NCBI GenBank assembly: GCA_035536395.1
Contig: DATLOE010000003.1
Location: 35,713 to 99,712 of the forward strand
Source of the DNA: Candidatus Dormiibacterota bacterium
GTDB lineage: Bacteria > Patescibacteriota > Saccharimonadia > UBA4664 > DATLOE01
DNA length: 64,000 bases
Direction of reading: 5' to 3'
The notes beneath the pieces were generated by a model, which did no database searches, was not told the DNA's origin, and saw only the letters and a list, made by a program, of their open reading frames with translations. Below are positions 29,146-38,251 of this stretch, piece by piece. Both the position numbers and the translations under genes were made by a program. Positions within the stretch are counted from its first letter, which is position 1, and the number at the start of each line of letters is the position of its first letter.

Positions 29146-30459
29146 TTATTTAGATACTCTTGTCAATAGTTTTCGCCACCAGGGAGCCGGACGCGCTAGA
29201 CGCCCAATTGAGTAGTATTGGAAGATGGCATAAACAGTCAGCACCACCCCTAGGGCCGTAAGCACCTTAGTAACGCTGAAGAGATCAGCCAGGATGCCAG
29301 CAAAAAATACCGGCAGGGTGGCTGCAATATTAACCATCATTCCCAGCGCGCCAAACACCTTACCCCTCGTCTCGTCGGTTGTGGCTTGGTGCAGCATAGT
29401 CTGGGAGGCGGCACTGATCATTGAATGCAGCAGCGCCAATACAAGCAGTAAACCTGCAACCGTCCAGCTCACTACACTGATACTAAAGCCATTGAAGCCG
29501 CCGATATGGCGATAAAGCTGCCCACTAAGACCCAGCATAGTCAGGCCTATGCTGGCCGCTACCAAGCACAAGGCCACAAGCTGCCAAAGGCTAAGACGAC
29601 TGCTCAGATTATTCACTAACATTACCCCCGCTATCAGCCCCAGGCCGGCCGGCAAGAACAACAAGGAGCTTGAATCTGTCAGCGGGATCTTGAGCAGAGC
29701 CAATGACATAGCCGGCGCCAATGCCAGTACGATACCGACTACCGATTGGGTGATAGTAAGCTGTAGAATCGGAAAGTAGAGCTTATGGCTTGCCAGAATC
29801 GTCTGCAGATTCTGCCTGGTTTCGGCCATAACCCTCGAGACATCGTTAGATAGCTTGTGCCTTTTATGGTAGGCGGCCTCCAGCGAAGGCAGCATCAGAT
29901 CAAGCAATGTAGCCGCCAGCCAAAGAATAGCCGCCACCACGTACGGGCCATGCGGGCCTGCCAGCTTTATGGAGAGTGCCGAAGAGCCATAACCGACTAT
30001 GAACGAAGCATACAAGGTTAGTACAAACAGGGCATTGGCCGAGACCAGCAGATTCTTTTTAACCAATCGCGGGATAGAGGCCGCTTCGGCCGGCACAAAG
30101 AACTGGCTGATGGTCGCGATAGCGAAGCTTACAGCCAAGACTAAGAAAAAATTAGTTTCCACTAGAGGGTATGCAAGCACAAGCATAGCCCGGGCAATAT
30201 TAGAAACCACCAGCACCCATTTGCGGTTCCAATAATCAACATAAGCTCCTGCCAGTGGCCCAAACAGAATGGCGGGGATACCAAAGGCCAGCACCAGCAT
30301 TGCCACCGACACGTTAGCGAACTTGGTTTCGGCTGCCAGTTCGAAAACGCGGATGATTAAAGCGAAGAACAGTAAGTTCTGAGCAACCTGAGAGAATATT
30401 TGCGAACCCCAAAGCTTAACGAAGCTTGAGTTGCGCAGCAGCTGCAGATAATTGTTCAC
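29146..30459 (-). CDS. MFS transporter
   Basis: 437 aa with about 12 TM segments and the MFS N-terminal signature. Confidence 0.7.
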   Translation of the reverse strand: MNNYLQLLRNSSFVKLWGSQIFSQVAQNLLFFALIIRVFELAAETKFANVSVAMLVLAFGIPAILFGPLAGAYVDYWNRKWVLVVSNIARAMLVLAYPLVETNFFLVLAVSFAIATISQFFVPAEAASIPRLVKKNLLVSANALFVLTLYASFIVGYGSSALSIKLAGPHGPYVVAAILWLAATLLDLMLPSLEAAYHKRHKLSNDVSRVMAETRQNLQTILASHKLYFPILQLTITQSVVGIVLALAPAMSLALLKIPLTDSSSLLFLPAGLGLIAGVMLVNNLSSRLSLWQLVALCLVAASIGLTMLGLSGQLYRHIGGFNGFSISVVSWTVAGLLLVLALLHSMISAASQTMLHQATTDETRGKVFGALGMMVNIAATLPVFFAGILADLFSVTKVLTALGVVLTVYAIFQYYSIGRLARPAPWWRKLLTRVSK

Positions 30460-30539
30460 CGGTATCCTTAAGTTTATTGATTAAGCTTAATATAGAGCGC
30501 CCACTGCCTGGTGTCGAGTACCTTGAGCCAGATAAGCTC

Positions 30540-31154
30540 TTATCCCCTCTTAACGACTATGTTGTCTATGAGGCCATATTTTTTGGCCTCATCTGCCCCC
30601 ATGTAAAAGTCACGGTCGGTATCCCCGTGAATCTTTTCAATAGGCTGACCTGTGGCGATAGCTAAAATTTTATTAATCCTCTCCCTAAACCCAAGCGCCT
30701 CACGGGCCGAAATTTCTATATCAGCTGTAGTGCCAGAGAATGCTGAAGACGGCTGGTGCATCATTATGCGGGCATTAGCTAGCGCCGAGCGCTTGCCTTT
30801 GGCGCCGCCGGCAAGCAGTACTGCACCCATACTCATGGCCATACCGACGCAAACAGTTGCAACATTGGGCTTAATGAAGTTCATCGTATCAAGTATGGCC
30901 ATACCGGCATACACTGAGCCTCCCGGGCTATTAATGTAGAGCTCGATATCTTTTTTGGGGTCTTCGCTTTCTAAAAAAAGCAGTTGGGCAATAACAAGGT
31001 TGGCAACAGTTTCATCTATCTCGCTGCCTAGGAAGATAATACGTTCTTTCAGCAGGCGAGAATAAATGTCATAGGCCCTCTCGCCCATGGCAGTCTTTTC
31101 TATAACAGTCGGAATTAGAATTTGATTCCTAAGGTTGTTGTCTGACATTGCCAT
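30540..31154 (-). CDS. clpP: ATP-dependent Clp protease proteolytic subunit
   Basis: Contains INSPGGSV and [11 protein letters not shown]. Confidence 0.9.
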   Translation of the reverse strand: MAMSDNNLRNQILIPTVIEKTAMGERAYDIYSRLLKERIIFLGSEIDETVANLVIAQLLFLESEDPKKDIELYINSPGGSVYAGMAILDTMNFIKPNVATVCVGMAMSMGAVLLAGGAKGKRSALANARIMMHQPSSAFSGTTADIEISAREALGFRERINKILAIATGQPIEKIHGDTDRDFYMGADEAKKYGLIDNIVVKRG

Positions 31155-31197
31155 CTCCTTTTAGCACTCGCTGCTTACGACTGCCAATATTATAAGT

Positions 31198-32475
31198 TTA
31201 TTTGGAGGCGTATTCAACCAAACAGCGGACTGTTTTAGCCGTCATTAAGTGGTTATAAATATCTTCTTTCACCTTCTCGCTCTCCAGCTCTTTCTGCATA
31301 GTGCTATCGGTATAGCGCTGCTTGAGTAGCGTCAGCTCGGCTTCTATTTCCTCCGGGCTTACCTTTAGGTTTTCTCTAGCGGCCACTTCGCGTAGCACTA
31401 AAGCCAATGCCAACCGGCGCTCGGCCTCGGGCTTTAGTTCGGCCTCCATCTCTTCGGCTGTTTTATTCTGCAGCTTAAGGTACTTTTGCATATCCAGGCC
31501 GCTGGTGGCCAATCTCTGCTCTAGCTCGCTCTTGAGTCGATCCACCTGGTGCGAAAGCAAATGCTGAGGCAGGGTAAGCTTGCTCGCTTTTACGATTTCT
31601 TCTAGCAGTTCATTCTCATACTGGCGATTGGCCTCTTGCTCAGCCTCAACCTTCAGCTGATCCTTAATGTCTTTTGTAAGTTCGTCTACGTTCTTAAACG
31701 GGCCGACTTCGGCAGCAAATTTATCGTTAAGCTCCGGCAAGGCAAGTTCTGTAACTTCGTGCAGGGTAATAGCAAACTCCACTGGCTTACCTGCCAGCTC
31801 CTTTTGGTGGTAATCCTTGGGAAAAGTAATGGTAAAGGTTTTTTCGGCTTTTGGCGCTAGACCCACCAGCTCCTCCTCAAAGCCAGGAATAAACTGGTTT
31901 GAGCCAAGCTTTAAGGTGTGGTTTTTGGCGGTCGCCCCCTCCACCGGCTTGCCGTCCTTGGTGCCCGCAAAATCAAACAGCACTTCATCGCCGGTTTTAG
32001 CGGCACGATCAACTTTATTGCGCTTGGCCATGCGGCGGCGGAGATCTTCGATCACTTCCTGCAGTTTGTCGTCTTCTATCTTAACTTGGGGCTTAGCCAT
32101 TTTTATCTTGGTGTAATCGGGCAGTTTTACAGCCGGCAGAATCTCTACCTTGGCCTCAAACTCCAGCTCGGTGTAGGGTACGAATTTTTTAATTTGAATA
32201 TCCGGGTGGCCGATAGCGGCAATCTTGGCATCTTCTAAGGCGTGGCCATAATAGTGATTAATAGCCGTCTGTATCACCTCACTCTGAACGGTGGCAGCAC
32301 CAACCTCGCGCTCCACGATATTGTCGGGAGCTTTACCGGGGCGAAAGCCCGCCGCCTTAACGCCAGCGCGCAAGTGGTTAATGACACCGGTATGCTCTTT
32401 TTTCAGCTGGGTCTCGCTGACTTTGATCAGCAAAGTAACTTCGGTCTCGCTTTTTTTGATGATTTCAGAACTCAT
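31198..32475 (-). CDS. tig: Trigger factor (start taken at MSSEII; the track ORF extends to 32493)
   Basis: PPIase and ribosome-binding domain pattern, immediately upstream of clpP. Confidence 0.85.
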   Translation of the reverse strand: MSSEIIKKSETEVTLLIKVSETQLKKEHTGVINHLRAGVKAAGFRPGKAPDNIVEREVGAATVQSEVIQTAINHYYGHALEDAKIAAIGHPDIQIKKFVPYTELEFEAKVEILPAVKLPDYTKIKMAKPQVKIEDDKLQEVIEDLRRRMAKRNKVDRAAKTGDEVLFDFAGTKDGKPVEGATAKNHTLKLGSNQFIPGFEEELVGLAPKAEKTFTITFPKDYHQKELAGKPVEFAITLHEVTELALPELNDKFAAEVGPFKNVDELTKDIKDQLKVEAEQEANRQYENELLEEIVKASKLTLPQHLLSHQVDRLKSELEQRLATSGLDMQKYLKLQNKTAEEMEAELKPEAERRLALALVLREVAARENLKVSPEEIEAELTLLKQRYTDSTMQKELESEKVKEDIYNHLMTAKTVRCLVEYASK

Positions 32476-32526
32476 AGCTGCGTATTGTAGCAAAGCTAAG
32501 CCAAAATGTCATCGGCACAAAGAAAA

Positions 32527-32551
32527 AGACCCGCACCGTTTTGGTGCGGGT
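32527..32551 (-). terminator. Intrinsic terminator (gacccgcacc-gtttt-ggtgcgggtc followed by TTTTTCTTTG on the minus strand)
   Basis: Seen in the sequence. Position is within about 1 nt. Confidence 0.5.
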
Positions 32552-32944
32552 CTATGCCCTGGCTGGAATAAAGCGGCCATCTGAGAAAAAGCCGTGACTG
32601 CCTTCGCATGGCCTGAAAAACCACTTGTCTTCATTGCAGTCGATCGATTCATAGACCACGCCCATCTCATCGGACTGCAGGTCGTAGCCGATACCGATCG
32701 CAAGATACAAACCGCCCTTTTTGTGCTCCCAGAGCAAGGTCTCAAGCAAGCGTACTGAATAGCGGTAAAAATTATCCCGAACGGTCAGCTTCTCTCGGTC
32801 GATGTCCTCGGTATGAAGGTAAACCAGGTAATCATGATCTGCGCCCTTGTGGACGGCTTGGCGGCTTTTGTTGCCGAACTCAACTGTAACTGTAAAGAAC
32901 AGCAATGATCTGTGCGGCACCTCCATCCTTTCCCTAGTTTTCAA
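32552..32944 (-). CDS. Hypothetical protein (130 aa, TTG start)
   Basis: ORF followed by a terminator. Confidence 0.4.
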   Translation of the reverse strand: MKTRERMEVPHRSLLFFTVTVEFGNKSRQAVHKGADHDYLVYLHTEDIDREKLTVRDNFYRYSVRLLETLLWEHKKGGLYLAIGIGYDLQSDEMGVVYESIDCNEDKWFFRPCEGSHGFFSDGRFIPARA

Positions 32945-33040
32945 GGCCTAGATATTTCACCACAAAGCGATTTTTTAATCAATTGGCGGATTAAAAAGAA
33001 AAAGGCCCAGAGAAAAAGCGTACCTTCTTCCTTGGGCCCG

Positions 33041-33373
33041 TTAGCCTGGAAACATTGAGTTATGATGAGCCTTGCCGGCTCTACGATACTCAATTGCCTC
33101 AGGCGGTACTTCGGCATCTATAAAGCCAGCCTCTATGAGCATATCAATGCTATCCATAGCATTCATGACAAAGTAGGCTTGATCATTTTTTATCAGATCG
33201 TCATTCCTCCAGGGAAGGGAATCCCACGTGTAGCCGATTCTTTCGGCATTGTGACGGGCGAGAGCGAGTACTGCTTTGTTGCGCTTGGTATCACTCTGGC
33301 GAACTGCCTCTATGGCAATCCTAATGGTAGATGAAGCTTCTTGAAAAAAAGACCGATCTACAACTTCTCCCAT
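33041..33373 (-). CDS. Hypothetical protein (110 aa)
   Basis: ORF adjacent to the tRNA 3' side. Confidence 0.4.
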   Translation of the reverse strand: MGEVVDRSFFQEASSTIRIAIEAVRQSDTKRNKAVLALARHNAERIGYTWDSLPWRNDDLIKNDQAYFVMNAMDSIDMLIEAGFIDAEVPPEAIEYRRAGKAHHNSMFPG

Positions 33374-33457
33374 AACCCAACCTTCTTTGTAGATGTGCTA
33401 GAAGTAGACAAGGTTAGTAAACCAGTATAAGAACTGTCTTGCAAGTATAAATCTAAT

Positions 33458-33541
33458 TGGTGGGGATGAAAGGACTTGAACCTTCACGCCTTGCGGCACT
33501 AGTTCCTAAAACTAGCGTGTCTACCATTCCACCACATCCCC
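33458..33541 (-). tRNA. tRNA-Leu (anticodon UAG), class II with a long variable arm and CCA encoded
   Basis: The reverse complement GGGGATGTGGTGGAATGGTAGACACGCTAGTTTTAGGAACTAGTGCCGCAAGGCGTGAAGGTTCAAGTCCTTTCATCCCCACCA folds as a cloverleaf. Acceptor stem GGGGATG/CATCCCC, anticodon loop TTTAGGA, T-loop TTCAAGT. Confidence 0.8.
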
Positions 33542-33544
33542 GCA

Positions 33545-34090
33545 TCAGCTTGAACGGTTGTAGAAACTCAGGGCTGAATCGCCATAAGTTTTTGTCTTTT
33601 CAAGCTCTAATGATTTTACATCAGGAGAGGGCTGCCTGCTAGAGTGCGAAACGACCATTTGCCCACCAGCGAGTAAAAAACCTGCCAGCTGGCCCAGAAT
33701 GCCGACGTCCAGCTTATCGTAAGGCGGATCGGCCGTAATCAGATTATAGCGCGGTGCCGGCTGCTGCTGCTCCGGGAACTTCAGCCACCGCTCTACTCCG
33801 GCCTTATAAAGATGAAAATCGGCCGCCACACCTAGTTCTGAAACGTTCTTTAGAATAACAGCCTGCGCCTGCCCACCCGTCTCTAGCGCGTCCACGCTAC
33901 TGGCGCCACGGCTAAGAGCCTCCAATCCAATCGCCCCACTGCCGGCATACACGTCTAGCACAACAAAACCGGTAACATCTCCCAGGGCATCAAACATAGC
34001 ACCGCGCACTTTGTCGGCCATAGGCCTGGTGGCCATGCCTGCCGGGGCCGACAAACTCCGGCTGCCAAACTTACCGGCTATTATCCTCAC
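33545..34090 (-). CDS. rsmD: 16S rRNA (guanine966-N2)-methyltransferase
   Basis: Begins MRIIAGKFGSR, with VLDVYAGSGAIGLEA and DPPY. Confidence 0.8.
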   Translation of the reverse strand: MRIIAGKFGSRSLSAPAGMATRPMADKVRGAMFDALGDVTGFVVLDVYAGSGAIGLEALSRGASSVDALETGGQAQAVILKNVSELGVAADFHLYKAGVERWLKFPEQQQPAPRYNLITADPPYDKLDVGILGQLAGFLLAGGQMVVSHSSRQPSPDVKSLELEKTKTYGDSALSFYNRSS

Positions 34091-34091
34091 G

Positions 34092-34949
34092 CTAGACCCT
34101 GACTGCTACTCTGGGTGCTGGTTTAGATTTAAGCTTTACGGTAGCGGTTTTCTGCTGAGCTTCAAGGTAGGCCAGCAGCCAAATGACGCCAATCGTATGA
34201 ACCGTTTGCGGCGAGAGACGGTGCTTAACCAATCTAGCCACCCTTGAGTTCCAACCCGTCTCATAAAAGGTTTCGTATATGTGAAGACTGGCAATATCTC
34301 GCGATTCTTGTTTAAAGAACTCGATCGGGCCAATCTGCCTGGCGCGAGCTAATTTTGCCGGATCGAGCTTAACCCGCAGCCGGGTGCCGAACATAGCCAT
34401 GACTACACCCATTTCAAAATTAAAGTGAGTGGTCAGCAGCCCTTTGCCGCCCCAAATAGCCCAGCCTTTCCGGAATATATCACGCGGTGCCTCACCCCGT
34501 ACAAAGACTTTGTGTTTAAAAAAGCTGGAATTGGGGTTTTTTACCTTGGAGGAGTGCTCGGCAATCTTTTCTTCTAGCGGAAAGTGGTGGGCAGGGGTCA
34601 GACCGTCGCAAATGTAATGACCCATCCAGGCCGCCTCAAAAGCCGCCCTTACTAAATCTTCTTTTGCCAAGGCATCAACCAATACTCGGTAATGCCCCAA
34701 GATATTCTCTGGAATCGGCCCCACATCGGTGCTGGGGTTATAGAGATGCCCTGGCTCCTGCCGGCCGGGCGATTTTACCTTTAGACCGTCTGGGCCATTG
34801 ATACCTTCAAAATGCAATATTTGCTTGAGCGGTGGAAATGTATCTTCCTTAAGGTAAGAACGAATCATTTCATAGGCTGCTGTATCGAACTTTTGGTGAA
34901 TGCCAATACTAGAGACCGCCTTGCGTGATGTAACGAATCCTGAATACAT
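34092..34949 (-). CDS. Zinc-dependent phospholipase C / P1-nuclease superfamily protein
   Basis: GHYICDGLTPAHH fits the H-x3-D-x5-H zinc-binding motif of this superfamily (compare HYLGDVNQPMH in B. cereus PLC). Confidence 0.45.
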   Translation of the reverse strand: MYSGFVTSRKAVSSIGIHQKFDTAAYEMIRSYLKEDTFPPLKQILHFEGINGPDGLKVKSPGRQEPGHLYNPSTDVGPIPENILGHYRVLVDALAKEDLVRAAFEAAWMGHYICDGLTPAHHFPLEEKIAEHSSKVKNPNSSFFKHKVFVRGEAPRDIFRKGWAIWGGKGLLTTHFNFEMGVVMAMFGTRLRVKLDPAKLARARQIGPIEFFKQESRDIASLHIYETFYETGWNSRVARLVKHRLSPQTVHTIGVIWLLAYLEAQQKTATVKLKSKPAPRVAVRV

Positions 34950-34959
34950 TTAATGCCCC

Positions 34960-36996
34960 TTAATCGAGCGATGTCATCGCTTTTAAGCGATTGATGCGCT
35001 CTAAAACTATTGGGTATTGTAGCATGGCCTGAGGCTCGGCCACAAAGTCGGCCGTAATGTTACGCACGCTGGCTACCAGCTTCGTATCGCTCAAATCAGC
35101 CAAGCGCAGGTCTAATATGCCGTGCTGCTTTTGGCCGTAAATCTCCCCCGGTCCGCGCAACTCAAGATCAATCTGAGCAAGTCTGAAACCATCCTGGGTC
35201 CTCTCTAGTGCCTGCAAACGGCGAAATGCGTCACCACCCTCAGTACCCGTAAACAGCAAACAGTATGAGCTATGCGTACCGCGCCCGATACGACCTCGCA
35301 GCTGATGCAGAGCGGCCAGGCCAAAACGCTCCGCACCTTCCACTAGCATAATGCTGGCATTGGGGATATCTACTCCAACCTCAATCACACTGGTAGCCAC
35401 CAATATATCAAGCTTGCCATCTGCAAACCGCCCCATAACGGCATCGCGCTCCGCTGGCTTAAGCCTGCCATGCACCACACCAATCCGGCGATGCTTAAAT
35501 GGCCCCTTGGCCAACCTCTCGGCCTCGGCCGTTACGCTTTTGGCCTCTAGTACATGCGAATCTTCAATCAGCGGGCAGACTACAAACATCTGCCGGCCGC
35601 GGGCGAGCTGAGTATCAATGAATTTATACGCACTGTCTCTTTTATCCGGTTCCACCAGCTTAGTGGCCACACTTTTTCGCCCCGGTGGCATTTCATCTAT
35701 AACCGAAATATCCAGATCGCCATACACAGTCAGCGCCAGGCTTCTGGGTATAGGGGTGGCCGTCATGCTTAAAAGGTGCGGCAGGCAGCCGGCTTTAGTT
35801 TTAAGCGTCTGTCGCTGAGACACACCAAAGCGATGTTGCTCGTCTATAATCACCAGCCCCAGGTTGGCAAAACTAACACCCTCTGATAGAAGAGCATGCG
35901 TACCGATAGTAAGATGAGCTGTGCCGCTGGCCAACTGTTTATTTGCTTCTTGCTTGGCTTTAGCCGTTTGACTGCCTACTAGTAGTACCGTCTGGTACCC
36001 CAGCCGTTTTAGTAGGGGTGTCAGCCTGGCAAAATGCTGTTTGGCTAGGATTTCGGTCGGCACCATCAGAGCAGCTTGAAGCCCACCGGCCATTGCCATG
36101 GTAGCAGCCAGGGCCGCTACAGCCGTCTTACCGCTACCTACATCACCCTCTAGCAAGCGATTCATCGGCCGCTCTCCAGACATATCCTGCAGAATCTGCC
36201 AGGCGGCCTTGCGCTGGGCATCGGTTAAATCGAAGTCTTGCGCGGCAGTAAACTTCTTTGCCACGTCAGCATCCAGGGGTATCACAGGAGCCTGCTCAGT
36301 CTTAATTTCACTTTTTATAATTAGGCTAGCGGCAATAACGTAGAACAGTTCTTCAAACGCAAAGCGGCGACGGGCCTGCTCTAATTTCTGCCGACTAGAG
36401 GGCGCGTGGATTTCGGTTAAGGCCTCACCAAATGGCGCAAGCTTACCGGCTTTTAGGATTTCTGCGGGCAGAGTCTCTGGCAGCTCTCTGGCGCGATGCA
36501 AAAGCGGCATAATAAAACCCCTGAGCTGTTTTGAGGTAAGCCCTTCTGTTTCAGGGTAAATCGGCACAATGCGAGCCGTATGCTTTGGGTCACCATTATC
36601 TTCTTCTATAGCCGGGCTTTGCAGTGCCAGGTCACTGTTCTTAAACTCCAGCTTTCCCGAAACAAGCACCCGCTTGCCGGGAGGGAAGCTACGGGTAAGG
36701 TACGGTTGGTTGAACCACACAACCTTTACCGTACCGGTCTCGTCTGTAAGGATTGCCTCGGTAATAGACAGCCGGCGACTGCGCGCCCGGCGGTTAGCAA
36801 TGGCAACCACCTCGGCCCGGAAAGTTACAAGGCCCGGCCGCATTGAGCGGATTGGAATAATATTAGAAAAATCATCATAACGGCGAGGGTAGTGATTCAG
36901 CAGTTCGCCAACAGTTGTAATTTTAAGGCGGGCAAGTCTTTTTACCGCTAGCGGCCCGACACCCTTCAAGGTTTCTACCGAGCGGTCTAAATACAT
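34960..36996 (-). CDS. recG: ATP-dependent DNA helicase RecG
   Basis: 678 aa with GDVGSGKT and DEQHRFG. Confidence 0.9.
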   Translation of the reverse strand: MYLDRSVETLKGVGPLAVKRLARLKITTVGELLNHYPRRYDDFSNIIPIRSMRPGLVTFRAEVVAIANRRARSRRLSITEAILTDETGTVKVVWFNQPYLTRSFPPGKRVLVSGKLEFKNSDLALQSPAIEEDNGDPKHTARIVPIYPETEGLTSKQLRGFIMPLLHRARELPETLPAEILKAGKLAPFGEALTEIHAPSSRQKLEQARRRFAFEELFYVIAASLIIKSEIKTEQAPVIPLDADVAKKFTAAQDFDLTDAQRKAAWQILQDMSGERPMNRLLEGDVGSGKTAVAALAATMAMAGGLQAALMVPTEILAKQHFARLTPLLKRLGYQTVLLVGSQTAKAKQEANKQLASGTAHLTIGTHALLSEGVSFANLGLVIIDEQHRFGVSQRQTLKTKAGCLPHLLSMTATPIPRSLALTVYGDLDISVIDEMPPGRKSVATKLVEPDKRDSAYKFIDTQLARGRQMFVVCPLIEDSHVLEAKSVTAEAERLAKGPFKHRRIGVVHGRLKPAERDAVMGRFADGKLDILVATSVIEVGVDIPNASIMLVEGAERFGLAALHQLRGRIGRGTHSSYCLLFTGTEGGDAFRRLQALERTQDGFRLAQIDLELRGPGEIYGQKQHGILDLRLADLSDTKLVASVRNITADFVAEPQAMLQYPIVLERINRLKAMTSLD

Positions 36997-36997
36997 G

Positions 36998-38164
36998 CTA
37001 GCTCAGGTGCAGTTTGACGAACCGGCGCTTGCCGACCTGAACGATATCACCATCACCTACCTTGACGTTATCCGCGTCTATAGTCTGGCCTGCAATTTTA
37101 ACGCCCTTTTGGCTTATCAGGCGCCTGGCCTCCGATTTACTGCTGGCAAGACCCAACCCAACCAGCAGCTCTGCCGGGTCCCAAGCAGCTTTAGTAATCT
37201 TCTCTTCCGTAATATCCTCGGGGGCCTGTTTATCTCTGAACTGTTTATTAAACCCTTCCTCGGCACCTGCTGCCTCCTTCTCTCCGTGATACTGCCTGAC
37301 TATTTCGCGGGCCAGGGAGGCTTTGGTATCACGCGGATTGGCCCCCGCCGCAATATCGGCTATGACTTGCTTAATTACATTCATAGGAACATCAGTGCAA
37401 AGCTCATAATATGAGCCGACCAAAGCATCTGGCAGGCTCATCACTTTACCGTACATATCAGCAGGCGTATCGGTAATCCCTATGTAGTTTCCAAAGGATT
37501 TGCTCATCTTCTGTACGCCATCAGTACCTACCAGCAAGGGGCACATTACTATCTGCTGTGGCCTCTGCCCCAGTTTTTTCTGCAAATTGCGGGCGGCCAG
37601 CATATTAAAACGCTGATCGGTGCCACCAAACTCCACATCGGCCTCTAGGCATACTGAATCATAGGCCTGCATCAATGGATAGAGGATTTCATGGAGGGAG
37701 ATTTCTACTCCTTGCTTTAAGCGGGTTTTAAAGTCATCGCGCTCGATGATTTGGGCAACTGTAAACTTACCGGCCAGCTCTAGCAATTTTGCTAAGTCGA
37801 GCTTATCTAGCCATTCGCTATTACGCCGTATTTCCGCCTTCTTAAGATCCAGGATTTTACCGACTTGTGCCAGATAAGTCTTGGCATTAGCTTCAATTTC
37901 TTTGTCTGAAAGCACCGGCCGGGTTTTGTTTATACCGGAGGGATCCCCTACTCTGGCAGTCGCGTCTCCGATTAGAAAAATAACCGTATGGCCCTGGTCC
38001 TGAAATTGGCGCAGCTTTCGCAAAACCACGGCATGGCCCAAGTGAATATCGGGGCTAGTGGGGTCTACTCCCAACTTCAATCGCATTTTTTTGCCCTTTA
38101 GGGCACGGGTCAGCTCAGCCTCTGTAATGACTTCGCTGATGCCTCGAGAAATAAGTTCATTCAT
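36998..38164 (-). CDS. tyrS: Tyrosine--tRNA ligase (start taken at MNELISRG; the track ORF extends to 38239)
   Basis: PDIHLGH (the HIGH motif), KMSKS, and a C-terminal S4 domain. Confidence 0.9.
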   Translation of the reverse strand: MNELISRGISEVITEAELTRALKGKKMRLKLGVDPTSPDIHLGHAVVLRKLRQFQDQGHTVIFLIGDATARVGDPSGINKTRPVLSDKEIEANAKTYLAQVGKILDLKKAEIRRNSEWLDKLDLAKLLELAGKFTVAQIIERDDFKTRLKQGVEISLHEILYPLMQAYDSVCLEADVEFGGTDQRFNMLAARNLQKKLGQRPQQIVMCPLLVGTDGVQKMSKSFGNYIGITDTPADMYGKVMSLPDALVGSYYELCTDVPMNVIKQVIADIAAGANPRDTKASLAREIVRQYHGEKEAAGAEEGFNKQFRDKQAPEDITEEKITKAAWDPAELLVGLGLASSKSEARRLISQKGVKIAGQTIDADNVKVGDGDIVQVGKRRFVKLHLS

Positions 38165-38225
38165 TCTAACAATATACCATAAGGAATAACCGGTGGTCTG
38201 GGAACCCAAGAAAACCTCGACTAGA

Positions 38226-38251
38226 GCAAGCGCAAACATTATAATACTGCT
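38226..38251 (+). promoter_or_regulatory. Promoter TCGACT, 17 nt spacer, TATAAT with the ATG 7 nt after the -10, giving a leaderless PBP1A mRNA
   Basis: TATAAT at 38239-38244 and ATG at 38252. The divergent intergenic region is only 12 nt long. Confidence 0.4.

Noticed and set aside
38165-38251. T-box riboswitch upstream of tyrS
   Set aside because: The available leader is at most about 75 nt and overlaps the divergent PBP promoter. This is far too short for a T-box (over 200 nt), and no specifier or antiterminator features were seen.
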